Positions 13,020 through 27,147 of a stretch of DNA of 64,000 nucleotides are shown piece after piece. Location of the stretch: NCBI RefSeq assembly GCF_000143415.4, contig NW_003314360.1:166284-230283 (forward strand), written 5' to 3'. The stretch comes from Selaginella moellendorffii (lineage: Eukaryota; Plantae; Lycopodiophyta). The number at the start of each line of letters is the position of its first letter. Positions within the stretch are counted from its first letter, which is position 1. The notes below the pieces were generated by a model. It ran no database searches. It was not told the origin of the DNA and saw only the letters and a list, made by a program, of their open reading frames with translations. The position numbers were made by a program, and so were the translations under genes.

Positions 13020-13720
13020 AAGCTCACCTAATGTATATAAATATCCACTTTAGGATCCTCGTGTAAGGTGTTGATAAAAATGTAATACATATGCTTGCAA
13101 GGAGTATATACCTTCCCATGTTCCTCACGCTTAGTAAAGTCTAGATATATGCAAAGAGAAAAGTCTTGAATGGCAATTGTGTACTCTCCACCTTCTATTT
13201 TGACTATATACTCCTTTACAAAGGCAGTGATGTACTTCGTGAAAAGAATCTCACACTAAAGCGTTTAAGCCAAGCTTATTTTACCCTACTTCTTCTTGGA
13301 GACGGTACTAATAAATTTAACTACCTTACTTTTTCTTATTAGCCTCCTGTGCATCTCTATGAAAACAGTCTTAGTTCCATCACTCATATCTCTAACTCTT
13401 CTCTCAAAATTAAAACTAGATTTCTCAAGGTTTTTAATCACATCCGAGGTGAGTAGGACTTCATTAGCAACTGGTCATTTTTTAGGTATTGCATTAGGTT
13501 TAGTCACTATAGTGTCTTCAAGTTGCTTCATATGGTTGGCATTGGTGTTGTAACAATATAGCTAACACCATCTCAAAAATCCTATTTGCTTTTGTTCCCC
13601 ATAGAAATAAAGGGTTGGAACAAAAATAAACTTGTCACCAACATTTGCCCAACATTTGCCCCTTAGAAGTATCCTACACACTTTATATATGATTTTGCTG
13701 GCACTCAATTTATTGAGTGC
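13020..13720 (-). pseudogene. SWIM zinc-finger region homologous to the MULE transposase C-terminus
   Basis: DFTKREEHGKVYTPCKHMYYIF..EDPKVD parallels PDFTQRENKGKVYLACKHIYYIF..QDPKID in ORF 22529-23725. Confidence 0.7.
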
Positions 13721-14599
13721 ACTTTCATAGCTTGGGGAGGAGGAACAAAAGAATGTCAAAAGAGGAGTAAAAAAAAAATGTATGGAAGCAATCAAATGGA
13801 AGAAACTCACCCTTGGTGGTTGACTTCCCACTTATGTGCTAAATTTTCTTGCTCTTAATCTCATATTCTCACATGCTCAATCTTTCACAATCACAATCTC
13901 AACTCACACACTCAATCTCTTGATCTCTCTCACTCTCTTGCTCTCTTGATCTCTCTTGCTCTCTCACTCTCTCTCTCTCTCACTCTTTTGCACTTACACG
14001 CTCAATCTCTCACACTTGTGCGCTCGATCTCTCCCACTCCCGTACTCGATCTCTTGCACTTGATCTCTCACACTCACACCTCTTGCACGTTCAACTCACA
14101 GTGCAAACAATAACCTAATCTTGGCAGCTACCTAAACCCCAATCCTGACGGCTGCCCTAACCCTAAAAAATCTCTCATCTTGGCCATTTATTCAGAATAA
14201 CTTAAATCTCAGCCATCACGATATCTTCGATCTTATGGTTCTTTATTTTATGATGATATAACTAGCACTTGTCAATGTTTTAGTTATTAGAGATATGATA
14301 TTATTTTTTCTAAATTATCTAGAAAGGATGTCATTGTGGATTTTTACAAGTAGCATAAAGAGAGAGAAAACTCCAAAACCTATTAAGAAGGATGGAAAGA
14401 TTTCTTCTACATTTTTAAGATCACCCACCTTTTTCATTCTCTCAAAATATTATTTCTGAAATTTTTTTATGTCGGCATTTTGATTTTTGTCTTGAACTCT
14501 ATTTCATTAGATGCTATGATTTGCAACAACAGCAGTATAGTTGCATGCTCAGAGTTTCTTCTTTCCAATGTGGACAACAATGGGATTTATAGAATTCCA

Positions 14600-17500
14600 A
14601 ATCGAAGGAGATTCAAGTTTTGGGATCTCCAATCAAAATGCCAAGATGCACTCTAGCTAAAATGAATGTGGAACAAAAGTCAATTATCATCCTCTTCTCC
14701 TCCTCTAATTCAAGTGGAGAAGTCATGCTAATGCTAGTGTTAAATTCACCATATCCATCTTCACCAATATTCAAATTTGTTAGTACTACTTTCCAGTTTT
14801 TATGCCTCTCAATTGATGTGCACTTGTTTTTGTATATGAGTGAGCTTCCATCCTCCTACAACAGCAACATTTTCTTTGAACTATCACCTCTTGTCAGCAA
14901 CATAGGTTCCAAATGGAAAGGGATGGAAACTAAGTAGAATGCCCACAATTGGTGCAAGATCAAAACCACACACTTCAAACATTTCAAAGGTATGGTATCT
15001 ATAGTTCATTGTAGTGGGCATTTACATTACGTGGATGAAACATGTAATCAGGATTGCTGTAGAAATTCTATATTTTTTGAAGGGTCTGCAATCAATTCTC
15101 CTGCTCATGACACTATTGTTATTGGATTCAAGTGTTGATTTTGCAAAAAATACTCCTCTATGCCATCTGCAAGGCTAGGATGTATTTTTTTTTCCAAAGG
15201 ATGGAGTGGTTGGAAGAGCTACGGTGTATGTTGGCACATACATACATCTAATGCAGAAAGGGATACAAAGGAGTTATCTCAACTGTTCCAAAGATGCTAT
15301 GTAGAAAAAGGCTATGAGAAACTTATTTGCAACTCCAAAGAATGTTCAGAAAATTGTCCTTAAAGATTTTATCGCAAGCACCCTACTCAATCTGAGCTAC
15401 CAAAATACTCAACTAAACGAAGTTATCTTGCCGGACTTACTATGAGGCGTACAACTTGCTACTAGCTTGAGGAGGTACGTCCATTGTATTTCATATATTA
15501 CAATAATATCTTTTTTTTACATTATATTGTTTAGGATAAAATTTGGATGTATAAATTTCGAGAGAAGAAGTTGCAATAAAAACTTGACTCCATCCTTGAA
15601 CTGAAATGAACTTGTTCATATGAGTTCAACCATAAAAGTTGGTTTTTAGACCAAGTTGTGAATGAACAAGAGCGCCCCTTCATCTTCAAAATATCTACAA
15701 TGGGCCCTACCTTAGGTGTAGATCTTGTCTCCCAAATGGATATGTCTGTGTAAAGAACCAATTCCCTGAGGTGTCGTAGGCTAAAGGATCCCCGAAGGCA
15801 CGACTGAAATGATAAAGAGTTTATCAGATGGAACCAAGTCTGAAATCAAGTCTAAAACTGACTCTGAGACCGAGTTTGAGATAGAGTTTAGGATCGAATC
15901 CAAGGCTGACTCTAAGACCGAGTTCGAGACCAAGTCCGATACCGAGTTTGAGACTGAGTCCGAGATTTGAGATCGGGTCTAAGATCGAGTCCGAGGTCAA
16001 GTGATTGAGGCCGAGCTCAAGTCTGAGATCAAGGCTAAGGTCGAGTCCAAAACCAAGTCCGTATATTAATACAGGTCATGGGGTGAAAGCCCAAAGCATG
16101 TGCCTCCTGGCGGGGGGGGGGGGGGGGGGGGGGGCTTGAAAGGGTTCAAAAAATATAGTAGGGATAGTGAGGTCTAGGAACTAGTCTTGAAGGGACTCTC
16201 TAGTGGTGTTTCCAAACTGACTTGAGGTTGAGACTAAGGCTTAGAGACCTTGGGTGGGAGTGAGCATGGACTTGGGTGGTGTCGAAAGGGCCACCCAAGG
16301 AAGTGCTCAAGAGCAGCTCCCACTCCCGAAAGGGAAACTGATTGTGGTGTTCTTCGGCTCATGTGGAGTGATGCCCCATTTGAGTACCTTGCGGCTTATT
16401 GGTCCTTGCCCTTCCTAGGGGTTTGGGCCTTCCTTTCGGGATGGAAGTGAGGGAGTAAAGGTACCCATACCGGGCCGTTAGGCCATGGTGTTTCTCCTCG
16501 GTGTCCTGAAGCAAGTGTTGCACCCAAGGCTTAGGATTTAGAGGGTCCCATGATCAAGTCTTATTATACCAAGAGATGTTAGGAACTTGGAATGGTTGCT
16601 TGTGCCTGCAGGGAGTGTAATTGAACCTTAAGTCCAATCTAACCTAGGGAGGGGGATTGGGAGAGATTTGGGGAATCCGTGAATGGATGGATAATGCTTC
16701 GTTTTTTGTGCAGTAAATAGTTGAAACCAAGTAAGATCAAGTACGAGCTAGTACAATAGATGGGAACCTTGGTAAGGGAATTTAGCTAAGGCTAAGGCAG
16801 TGTTGGTCGGATAAACAAGGTAAGCTGGCAAATTGGAAAGAAAAATTTTGTGGCTTACAGTCTGGGTTTAATGACCTTACAAATATATAAGTACATTTTG
16901 ACCATATGGAATGCATATCAAGTTCAACAACCATAGGAGCTCATATATATAATCCAAGGTAATGGATGGCATGAAGATGTGGTGGCATGAAGATGGCCAT
17001 GTGGATATAAGTTTCCTACCTCAACTTGAGTCATGGTTAGGGTGGTGGGAAGTTATAATGTTTCAGTGGGGACATCACTCTCTTCATGTTGGTTTCTATT
17101 TTTTCTTCTCATTTTATTACCTCTTAATATCATCTTTTCCATTAGGATTAACCACTTGAGGACCTTGCATACACCCTAACTGTGAATCATTCTAAAAGTA
17201 AGCACTAGAGTTGGCATTCCTTTGAGGTAGGGAAAGGGAAAATGAGTTTATATGAAGCATGTCTATCAAATTTAATATGCATTATAAAGTAGTCGTCAAA
17301 GCATTGGCATTTGAGGAAGAAAAATATATGGGAACAAAGCCCTCTATTGAGATATTACATGCTAGGATGAAGAGAAAATTGATTTCACCTACCTGAATGG
17401 TGGCAACTGTAGTTGAGAAAGTGGTCTACAGCACATCTATAAAGTACACTCCTTGGGCTTCTATTGGTGATATGAAGACTATTTACTTAAAGTGTCACTT

Positions 17501-18172
17501 TCCTTTACTAATGCAGATGTTAGCATGAACTTTGGAGTAAAAAGCTCTCACAAACATGATATTAAGTACCATTCTACTCCAAGACACCACCCCAAGACCG
17601 AGCCACTTCAAGTGGCTAATGAAGAGAGTGCACTACAACAAGTTGATATTGCTTCATGGAGCTAAGGCAATGGGCAATTTAATCAAGGTATCTTCAATAT
17701 ACAGGCATACCATTTAAGGCAACAATTTGCACTCAACTTGTTGCAAAGGGTGTAAGGGATGGAGGAATGTACCCAACAATGTTTGCAATAGTTCCAAAGG
17801 CATGGAAGATAGAATGCCCTTGGGAGTTGGAGCTCCTAGGAACCCCTACACTAGACCAGAAGAAAGTTGTCAATGCTAGCAATGATGGCGATACAAGTGA
17901 TGATGGAGAGGAGGATGAGGAAGCTCTAGATCAAAGTCAAATTCCACCATCAGATAGCTAGACTCAAGCTCCAATTCCACCATCAAATGTCTAGAATCCA
18001 TATCAGATTCCACTAGCAAATAACAATGATCAAATAGTTCACAAAATATCATGTTGACCTCTCCCTAAACATAAGTGACTTTTACAAAACAAAGGTGGTA
18101 GCATATATTTTTTGCAGCAATGACTATTGGTAGTAATTTCATTCAAACTTAGATGCTTGTGATAAAGAGTTG
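14600..18172 (+). mobile_element. Diverged MULE transposase pseudogene (related subfamily), split by a solo LTR
   Basis: ELPSSYNSNIFFE, HNWCKIKTTHF, PFIFKISTMGP, LESWLGWWEVIMFQWGH and GKGKMSLYEA match the 22529-25912 transposase; many stops. Confidence 0.8.
15749..16859 (+). mobile_element. Solo LTR of chromovirus family A
   Basis: TGTAAAG...GGCTTACA ends; exact 5-bp TSD gtctg (15744-15748 and 16860-16864); homologous to 51962-53123. Confidence 0.95.
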
Positions 18173-19585
18173 TGTAAGTGACTAATTTTTTCCATTCTAC
18201 TTTAGCCACTTAACCGCATCTCTGACCACTTGGAAGGGTCTCATTCATAACCTCCATAAGTCCCGTTTAGGACTTGGGGCTCGCTAGCCCCGAGAATGGC
18301 ATCCATGCCATTCAACCTTTGCACTTGGTCCAAGTGCTCCACGTATCCGATCCCATGACCGACACCCCAAGGTACCACTGACATACCAACCCATTACACT
18401 AGGCCATGCCCATTCACCTTGGTCACATCAATGGTTCAACACACCACCTGCTTTACAATCCCGTCTCTCAAAAACTGGGCCATCCATCCATGAGTGGCTA
18501 TCCCAGATCCACTCCATAACATCCTCAGGATGCCTGCAGACATGGGGAATAGCCTTCCCCAATGTCTCCTTTCCGGTCCCCACCAAGTCCCTTCTTGTCC
18601 ATGGCCATGTTCACCAACACTGCCACTGGATCAAGGCCCACAGGCCCAACCACTAAATCCAATTGTCCTTTGGGACTTCCTCACTATGTGACTATGTCCT
18701 TTGTCACCACACTAGAGGGCTACTCCTCTTCCTTTCCACAGTCTGGGACTTTGGGGCAACATTTTGGAACGCCGTGGCCCTACGTGGGCCTCGTGGGTAC
18801 TCTCCTCGCCTTCTGCCTTTGGGTGCTCTAGCCATGGGCTTAGAGCGAGGTTCCGTTGAGCCACACCAGATATCCAAGTAAGTAGTGCCACCCACACTTG
18901 GATTGGGAGCATCAGCCAGTCGATCTCCCGGGGGAACTAGAGCCGGCTTTTGAACACTTCACCAAGCTACCCTGCTTGTCGGTCCGTGTTTACTCTAGTC
19001 TTGGACATCCCAATGGGCAGCTTATCACCCAACACTGGGTACAGCCTTCCTGGGCCAACTAGCCTTTCCTGGCCAAACTGGCTCCACTACAGTCTTCCCC
19101 CTCACTATACTTTTGGAGCTCACCAAACCCCCCAGGGTCTGGGAGACGAATGCTTTGGGCTTTCACCCTCTCAGACTCGGACTCAGACCCGGACTCGGAC
19201 TCGGGCTCGGTCTATGCCTCAGCCTTGGTCTCGGTCTCGGTCCCGGTCCCGGTCTCGGTCTCGGTCCTGGTCCCGGTCCCGGTCTCGGTCCCGGTCTCGG
19301 TCTCGGTCCCGGTCTTGGTCTCGGTCCCAGTCTTGGTCTCAGTCTTGACCTTGGACTCCATCTCAGGTCCTTCTCGGACTCCATCTCAGATTCCATCTCG
19401 GGTCCATCTCGGACTCCGTCACGGTCCATCTCGGACTCCGTCACGGTCCATCTTGGACTCCATCTTGGACTCCACCTCGGGTCCATCTCGGACTCCATCT
19501 CGGACTCCATCTCGGTCCATCTTGGACTCCATCTCAGACTCCATTTCGGACTCCATCTCGGGTCTCTCTCGGACTCTATCTCGTA
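18173..19585 (-). mobile_element. LTR of LARD-like family B (partial; one end lost)
   Basis: Starts TGTAAGTGACT; reverse complement of 58050-59288; contains (GGACTCCATCTC)n and (GGTCTC)n arrays. Confidence 0.85.
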
Positions 19586-22528
19586 CTTATTTACCTAGGG
19601 GGAACGTTCAAGGAACTTTTTTCCTTAGCTTGCTAAGGTCTCTCCTTTCTCAAAATTTCCAATTGCCATATAGTCTAACATGGACAATCCCATGTTTGTG
19701 ATCATGCATGGACTCCTCCATGCTTGGCCCTATGGGCCACCCCTTTGAAGTTGGCTCCTTCAACTAGGGTATTCGTTCTCCTGACTTGCCAATCTCACTT
19801 AGCAAATCATCCGACCACCATAACATGGTTCATGCATAAGCGTGAAAGTCCTTAACCATCAACTTTCGTTCAAAGCCCTCTCTTTGAACACTCGGGAACT
19901 ACTTCCCTAACCTTGATAGCCTTGCCTCATGGCAAGCTTCAAGACCACGCTTCTGCTGTGCCACTCTGATTTCGCACATTCTACGAACCGTTTACACTTG
20001 GCTGACTAGGTACTTATCTACCTAGGGGAATGTTCAAGGAGCTCTGTTTCTTAGCTTGCTAAAGTTTCTCCTTTCGCAAGCTTTCCAATTACTATATAGT
20101 TTAACATGGACAATCCCATGCTTTAGACTCTCCATGGCATCCCGGTCGTTAGTAACAACATGCTTGAGCGCCCACTTGATTCTCCACTCCCAACTTGTAT
20201 AACCACCCTTGGTCATGTCTGTCAATTCCTATGGTTCGGTTCTATCTTTTTACTACTTGCCTTTTGGCCTCATGCATTTCCTTTAGTTATTCTCCTCTAG
20301 ACTAGGAAGATAGCTTTACACTTTCTACCATGCCTTGGCAAGTATTCATAAGGATGAACCTACCCGATAGCCTAGGGAGTGGTTCCTCAATCTGGGTTTG
20401 CTCACCTTGTAATCCCACACACTAGGATTACCTTTGCTACTTATGGGCCTTCATATGCCCATCACTAGCCTCGCCAAAATCCCCTTTTTGGCTTTGTTCA
20501 ATTTGGGTAGACAGACTTCTATCGTCTCCGCAACCTTGGACATTTGAATAGCACCTTCTATCCATCATTCGCTAGGGATTTTGTCCCTTGGGCATTATCC
20601 ATTGCCCTAATGACACCAAACACTACCTTCCAGTGTTCTAGAGTGTTTGGGTGTCCCAAATGATGGCCTCTCTGACAATGAGCATTCCCTTTTCGACATT
20701 GAGTTACTATATCGCAACATAAGCAATTTATCCCCCATAAGGGTACATCCGACTTCCTTATCCCCATAAGAGGTCATAGGTAGTTGCCTTCTACAAGTTT
20801 AACAAATTATTTTGCACCTTTTGCTTAGTTGTCTCATAGTTGTCAAGTCCTTCAACTCATTGTTGGTGCTTCCACACCTCCATCATTATTTGGGTCACCA
20901 TACTCTAACCGCATGCCTTCCAACTTAGGCTATGCCATTCCCATTTCCATTAGGATTCCTTTAGAAGGGGTTCTCATAAACTCGCCAACTTGACCTCAAG
21001 GCAGCACACTTTGGCACTTTCAGTGTCTCCACACCATCGGCTCCACAAGCCTACCTTTATGACACTTCTTACTTGTGTCTAGGTCTTTTTGCCAAGACTA
21101 ATATGGTTGTCTCTTATGCCAATTATCCATTAGCACTCACACATTTTTGTCATTCATGAGACTGAGTGTCCTCATCTCATTCACCTCGTCCTTGGTGCCT
21201 CCTTGCACCAAAGTGTTCAAGTTAGATATGTTGAGCTTTCACACTAAGCAATCTAACTGTGCATCACGACTCCGAGGCATCCCTCGCTTGGCGGTGTGCC
21301 TAAACCAGTCTCCCCACTGAGAGTCCATGACCACCGAAATATGAGTGTCCTCATATTCCAAACCATCACCACGCATTAGTGAGTTGGGACTCGAACCCAA
21401 GCACTAGAGGGTCGGGACTCGAACTCGTACGTCTCTTTAGCATCTTCTGCTATAGGGTCTATCCACGACCCAACTTTGTGACCCTCCCATGGGTCTTTTA
21501 TAGAGACTACTTTCCTTGAACTCACTATGTCATTGCATTAACATATCTCATTTTTCTTACGTGTCCTTCCCACTTGGTCACCTTGACCAAGCCACACCAT
21601 CATCAATAGTTTCAATCAACACTTTGAACTTGGAACTTTATCCCTTAACCTCACAAGGACCTTATCCTTGTTTTATCCATAAGATCACCAAGTGATCTAA
21701 CCTCGGCACCTTAATAGGTTTGCCGATAAGTACTAGGTCTCCTATACCTTTAAATTGTTGACTATGACCCCGGGGGCATCCCCCACGCTTGGCAGTGCAC
21801 CCAAGCCAGCCCTTCTGGCCAAGGGTCCATAGCAACTAAGACTGAGTGTCCCCATCTCATTCACCTTGTCCTTGGTGCCCCCTTGCACCAAAGTGTTCAA
21901 GTTAAATATGCTGAGCTTTCACACTAAGCAATCTAACCGTGCATCACGACTCCGAGGCATCCCTTGCTTGGCGGTGTGCCCAAACCAGTCTCCCCACTGA
22001 GAGTCCATGACCACCGAAATATGAGTGTCCTCATATTCCAAACCATCACCACGCCCTAGTGAGTTGGGACTCGAACCCAAGCACTAGAGGGTCGGGACTC
22101 GAACCCAACCTTCGTATATGCATCTACAGACGGCATCACACAGGATGCCTGGCGTGACTCCCCACACCAGTGCACCAACTTATATTTAAAGTGCGCTACA
22201 GATCACAGTGTAGGAACCTAGTTCCTCCACACTGCCAAGTCCTCTCACTTGACATGTCTGTGATCATGCATAGACTCCTCCATGCTTGGCCCTATGGGCC
22301 ACCCCTTTGAAGTTGGCTCCTTCAACTGAGCCCGGGTAGGTTTTGAGCTCATGAGCTCACGAGCTGAGCTCATGAGCTGAGCTCACGGCTTCTCAAACAC
22401 AAGAAAAACATTGGTTCGTCCCAAACCAACATCTTTCCATTCTTCAAATTTTGATTTAATCTATATTTCCAAGTAAATTCGACTAATAAAATACAAATAT
22501 AAATATAGATCCGAACACTAAAAGCAAT

Positions 22529-25500
22529 CTAAAAACACTTCTCAAGCTCCGCAACTGTAAGGCTTGCCTGGTGGATGTGATGGTCGATCTTAGGATCTTG
22601 GTTTAGTTCCTGCATAAAAATGTAATAGATGTGCTTGCAGGCTAAATATACCTTTCCCTTGTTCTCCCGCTGTGTAAAATCTGGACAGGTACAGGATGGA
22701 TTTTCGCAGATTTTAACAGTGTAGCTCGTACCCTTTGATGACTCAGTCACAATAATAAACTCCTTAGCCATAGCACTGATGTAGTTTGTCTTTGTGATTG
22801 TGCACTTTAGCTCTTTTGCCAGCTTGATCTTCTCTTGTGCACCTTTTGAAATGGAAGACCTGTATTGTATAGCCTTCCCATTCCTAGCTGGTCGTGTATG
22901 CCGGTCTAGTGTTGATATTGGTGGCATAGCAGTACTAACAGCAACATTTGAGGAAGTCTTTAGCTTGAAACCTGCTCTCTCCAGACTTTCAATCTCTTCT
23001 TTCAAAAGATCGCAGCTTCGCTCAACTGGCCACTCCTCTGGCACAGAATCTGGCTTCAAAATAATTGAGCTGTGGATCCGGCTTGTATGAGTAACATCAG
23101 TCCCACAACAGTAGATCCAGCTTGACTGGCGGCCCTTCACTCCTAGATCTCGACAACCCCAGAAACATGGCACTGCTGAAGAACTTGAACCTGAGCGCAC
23201 AAAAGTGAGACACTGACCTCGACTCCCAATCATTCCAGAGCAACGTGCATTGCTCTTGGCACTGACTCTTCGAATTGCCCAGTTGATACGAGAAACTGGC
23301 TCGCGAGAAATAACCTTTTCAACCTCTAGCATTGGACTTACTTGTGTAACAACTGGCACCTCCTCCACTCCACGTTCCTTAGTTCTTTTCCGGTGTCGTG
23401 GAACAGAATGGTAGTCAAACTCTGGACGGTGAGAGCTAGAAGGAGTGATGTTTGACCCATCAAATGTCTGTCGACGCTTCATACGGGCTGTTCTCATGTC
23501 CCCAAGTGGCTCATAACTTGATTTCATAAGAGTTCCAGCAACAACTTCCTCCACCATCTTGGACATTGACCCTGCTACTGGTGTTGTCCTTCTACCAACC
23601 CGCTCTTGAAGCCTGTCTAAGTTCGGACCTGTACCAGCAAACCTTGCTTCCTGTGCAGCCAAAGCTTTTGATGATTGCTCAAGAGATCTAGTGAGGTCGG
23701 AGAGTGTAGCTTCATAGAGGGACACTTTTCCTTTCCCTGCTTCGGAAGCTCTCCAACTCCAATGTTTGCTCTCAGAGAGATTAATTGTTGGTGTAAGTGC
23801 AATATCATCAAGTGGTTGATCCTACAAAAAATGCAACATTTGAATGTGACAAGAAAGAAAATGAGAGAAAGCTTACATGGAGAGTATAATGACCCCACTG
23901 AAACATTCGAACTTCCCACCATGCAAGCCAGCATTCCATTTGTGGAAGGTTTTCAATTGGCACTTTGTCTCCTTCACACCACCATATGCGCATTTCATTT
24001 GCCTTTGCCTCGTGCTCCTCTTTAGTTGGTGCATCCATCCATTTCCGACAAAGCTGCTTGAACTCGTGATGGAAGGTAGACTTGATGCATCGGCAATGTT
24101 CATTGACGCTCTTTGCCCAATGAAACTCACAACTCTTCTCTCTACCTTGTAATGGCTGACTTTTATCACCTCCGAATACTTGTCGTACAGCCAACCAGTT
24201 AGCACCAGCTGCATCTGCCATGAAACCACGGAAGTTGGGTTTCTTCCCGGTTCGCTGTTCAACAACCTCGGACATACATGTCCAAAAGATGGTTTGTGCT
24301 TGAAAATCTTGAACCTTGAATTCGGCTATAGCTATAGTCAAATTGCACTGCAACCTATAAAAGGAATGGTTATAATGTAAATTGGTATAGATCCTTAAAA
24401 AATGAAAAGCCACTTACTTGTGATCATAAACATGAGCTCCCATTGTTGACCAGCCTGAAACTCGTTCCATATGGTCAAAATGGATCCAGGAATTAGCTAA
24501 ATCCCCATCTCCATCCATATCCATTCGTTGTACAAGGTCCACACCAGAAGCAGGACCAAGGGTAGACATTTTAAAGATGAAAGGGCGTTGATTGTTCGAA
24601 GTCACTTGGCCAACGAATAAGCTCCCATGAATAAACTCATAGGGACATTTTTTCTTTAGCTCCAAAATCCCATCCAATCCAGATTGAAGCTTTCCATCTC
24701 GCCCTTCTCGCATCCAGTTCTTTATTCTACAAAAAAAAGAGTGTTATTAGTGATAAAGTAGAGTTAAGTGTTAATTTTATACCTGTTTAAATTTGTCATA
24801 GGTTCTATATTTCGAAGAAGGTCCTTCAAGCTATTCTCCGTGAACTCTTTTTGGCTATCAGATTGTAACAACATGTCCACCACATAATCCTTTAGTATAG
24901 ATTGTTGAACACACTTTGGAGTTGCTGCACTTTTCTTCCTAGCCTCTGTAGTAACAGCAGTCTTCAAATTGCGAAAAGAATCACGGCGGATTCCTTCCTC
25001 AATTGCGTGTTGGTGGTATCCAATATGCACTGCTGCTCTGCCTAAACATCCATCCCGTGGAAGAAAATAATACATTTTTGCATCGCAACATGCTTGACAC
25101 ACAGGTGTTGCCCCGCATTTGCGACATCTAAATCCTGTAGCAACTTCATCACGCCTAGGGGGATTGATTGCTGAGCCTTCAAAGAAACACATATTCTTGC
25201 CATGATCAGAAATGCATTTCTCAGCGACACACTGAAGCTGTCCACCGCAATGGACTATGGACACAGATCCATCGAAATGAGAGAAGTGGGTCGTCTTTAC
25301 TCTGCACCAATTATGTGGATCAAGACGTGTTTCCATACCCCTTTTCCTACTTGACGAACTTGCTGGTGGAAACTCGAAGAATATATTCCCATTATAGGAA
25401 GAAGGAAGCTCCTCACCTCTCATGTACTGGAACTCCTTCAATTCCAACCGTAATGATCGAGATTGCCGAAATGCCTTATCCACCACTTCAAAAACTGGTC

Positions 25501-25912
25501 CAGAAGGAACACACCTACTTGTCTGGGAAGCTATGTCAGGAAGCTCATCTTCTTCATTTTCGTCACTGGAGAGAATAATAACTTCATCCTTCACTCTTTG
25601 CACAGTTGGCTGTGAAACTGATGCGCTCTCCTCTCCTCGCTTCGGAGATCCTGTAACTAAAATCTCTTGACCTGTACATCTATCAAGATCCCATTGAATC
25701 CCATTCTCTCCCACACCACTGTCGAGAAGAATGGATTTTTCTATCTGATTACCCTTATCACGACATACATTCTCCAAACTAACTGATCCTGGCTTCAGCT
25801 TGAATCTTCTGCAGAGGAAGTTCTCTCCTATAACACTCCTAGAGAAAACAATTGGAGGCTCTTGATCGAACTTCAAATAGAATTCTCTCATATCTTCTCC
25901 TTGCTCGAGCAC
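22529..25912 (-). CDS. MULE DDE transposase, multi-exon: Cys/His-rich GCM-like N-terminal domain, DDE core, C-terminal SWIM zinc finger
   Basis: Four ORF segments joined by short GT-AG introns. HFDH (D1), FMAD (D2), CEFH (Mutator CxxH), NLSES (E); SWIM CTC..CKH; N-terminal C..C..CxxC..C..HxGxHxH. The true start exon is uncertain. Confidence 0.85.
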
Positions 25913-26071
25913 TTAGAAAAAAATTTGGGGAGAAACTGACAAGAAAGAACAAAGATATTCTTCTGTATTGTGAGCATTAATTAGCTATGTCCTTGCAAAG
26001 GACAAGTTAATTATTTTAACAAAATATACAACCGTTTAGAATCAGAGAGATATGAGAATCTAAAGAGCCGC

Positions 26072-26750
26072 NNNNNNNNNNNNNNNNNNNNNNNNNNNNN
26101 NNNNNNNNNNNNNNNNNNNNNNNNNNNNNNNNNNNNNNNNNNNNNNNNNNNNNNNNNNNNNNNNNNNNNNNNNNNNNNNNNNNNNNNNNNNNNNNNNNNN
26201 NNNNNNNNNNNNNNNNNNNNNNNNNNNNNNNNNNNNNNNNNNNNNNNNNNNNNNNNNNNNNNNNNNNNNNNNNNNNNNNNNNNNNNNNNNNNNNNNNNNN
26301 NNNNNNNNNNNNNNNNNNNNNNNNNNNNNNNNNNNNNNNNNNNNNNNNNNNNNNNNNNNNNNNNNNNNNNNNNNNNNNNNNNNNNNNNNNNNNNNNNNNN
26401 NNNNNNNNNNNNNNNNNNNNNNNNNNNNNNNNNNNNNNNNNNNNNNNNNNNNNNNNNNNNNNNNNNNNNNNNNNNNNNNNNNNNNNNNNNNNNNNNNNNN
26501 NNNNNNNNNNNNNNNNNNNNNNNNNNNNNNNNNNNNNNNNNNNNNNNNNNNNNNNNNNNNNNNNNNNNNNNNNNNNNNNNNNNNNNNNNNNNNNNNNNNN
26601 NNNNNNNNNNNNNNNNNNNNNNNNNNNNNNNNNNNNNNNNNNNNNNNNNNNNNNNNNNNNNNNNNNNNNNNNNNNNNNNNNNNNNNNNNNNNNNNNNNNN
26701 NNNNNNNNNNNNNNNNNNNNNNNNNNNNNNNNNNNNNNNNNNNNNNNNNN
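26072..26750. other. Assembly gap (N run)
   Basis: Run of N. Confidence 1.
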
Positions 26751-26804
26751 TTTTTCATGTTTCTAGTGGTGAGATTTCTATATTTTAGAAAACAGAGAGA
26801 GATT

Positions 26805-27005
26805 GAAATGTCAGTTCTTGTGCGAACCGACATCTTCAAGGTTTTTTTTTTTATTTCATTGACTTGATGGGGCATTTCATGTGAAAATTAGAGGGTGGAA
26901 GATGTCGGTTCTTGCGCGAACCGACCTCTCCCGTATTCTTGTTGTGTTTTTCCTTTTTCTTGAGAGGTAGGGTGAGGTCAGTTCTCGCGCGAACCAACCT
27001 CTCCC
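26805..27005. repeat. Three palindromic units TCRGTTC-N6-GAACCRA upstream of the MULE cargo gene
   Basis: tcagttcttgtgcgaaccga (~26811), tcggttcttgcgcgaaccga (~26905), tcagttctcgcgcgaaccaa (~26978); same position as the 8805-9350 array. Confidence 0.8.
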
Positions 27006-27147
27006 AGTGACTTATGTTTTTTTCCTTTGTATTTCTTGTAGTTTACAATCTATTTTTCACATCTTTTACTTACAAACTTTTCTTGTGAGAGCAGATATAA
27101 ATCAAGCTTGACTGCTTGAAACTTCCAAAAAGGGACTTGAACTTCAA

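Noticed and set aside
26060-26875. 271-aa ORF
   Set aside because: Almost entirely N gap.
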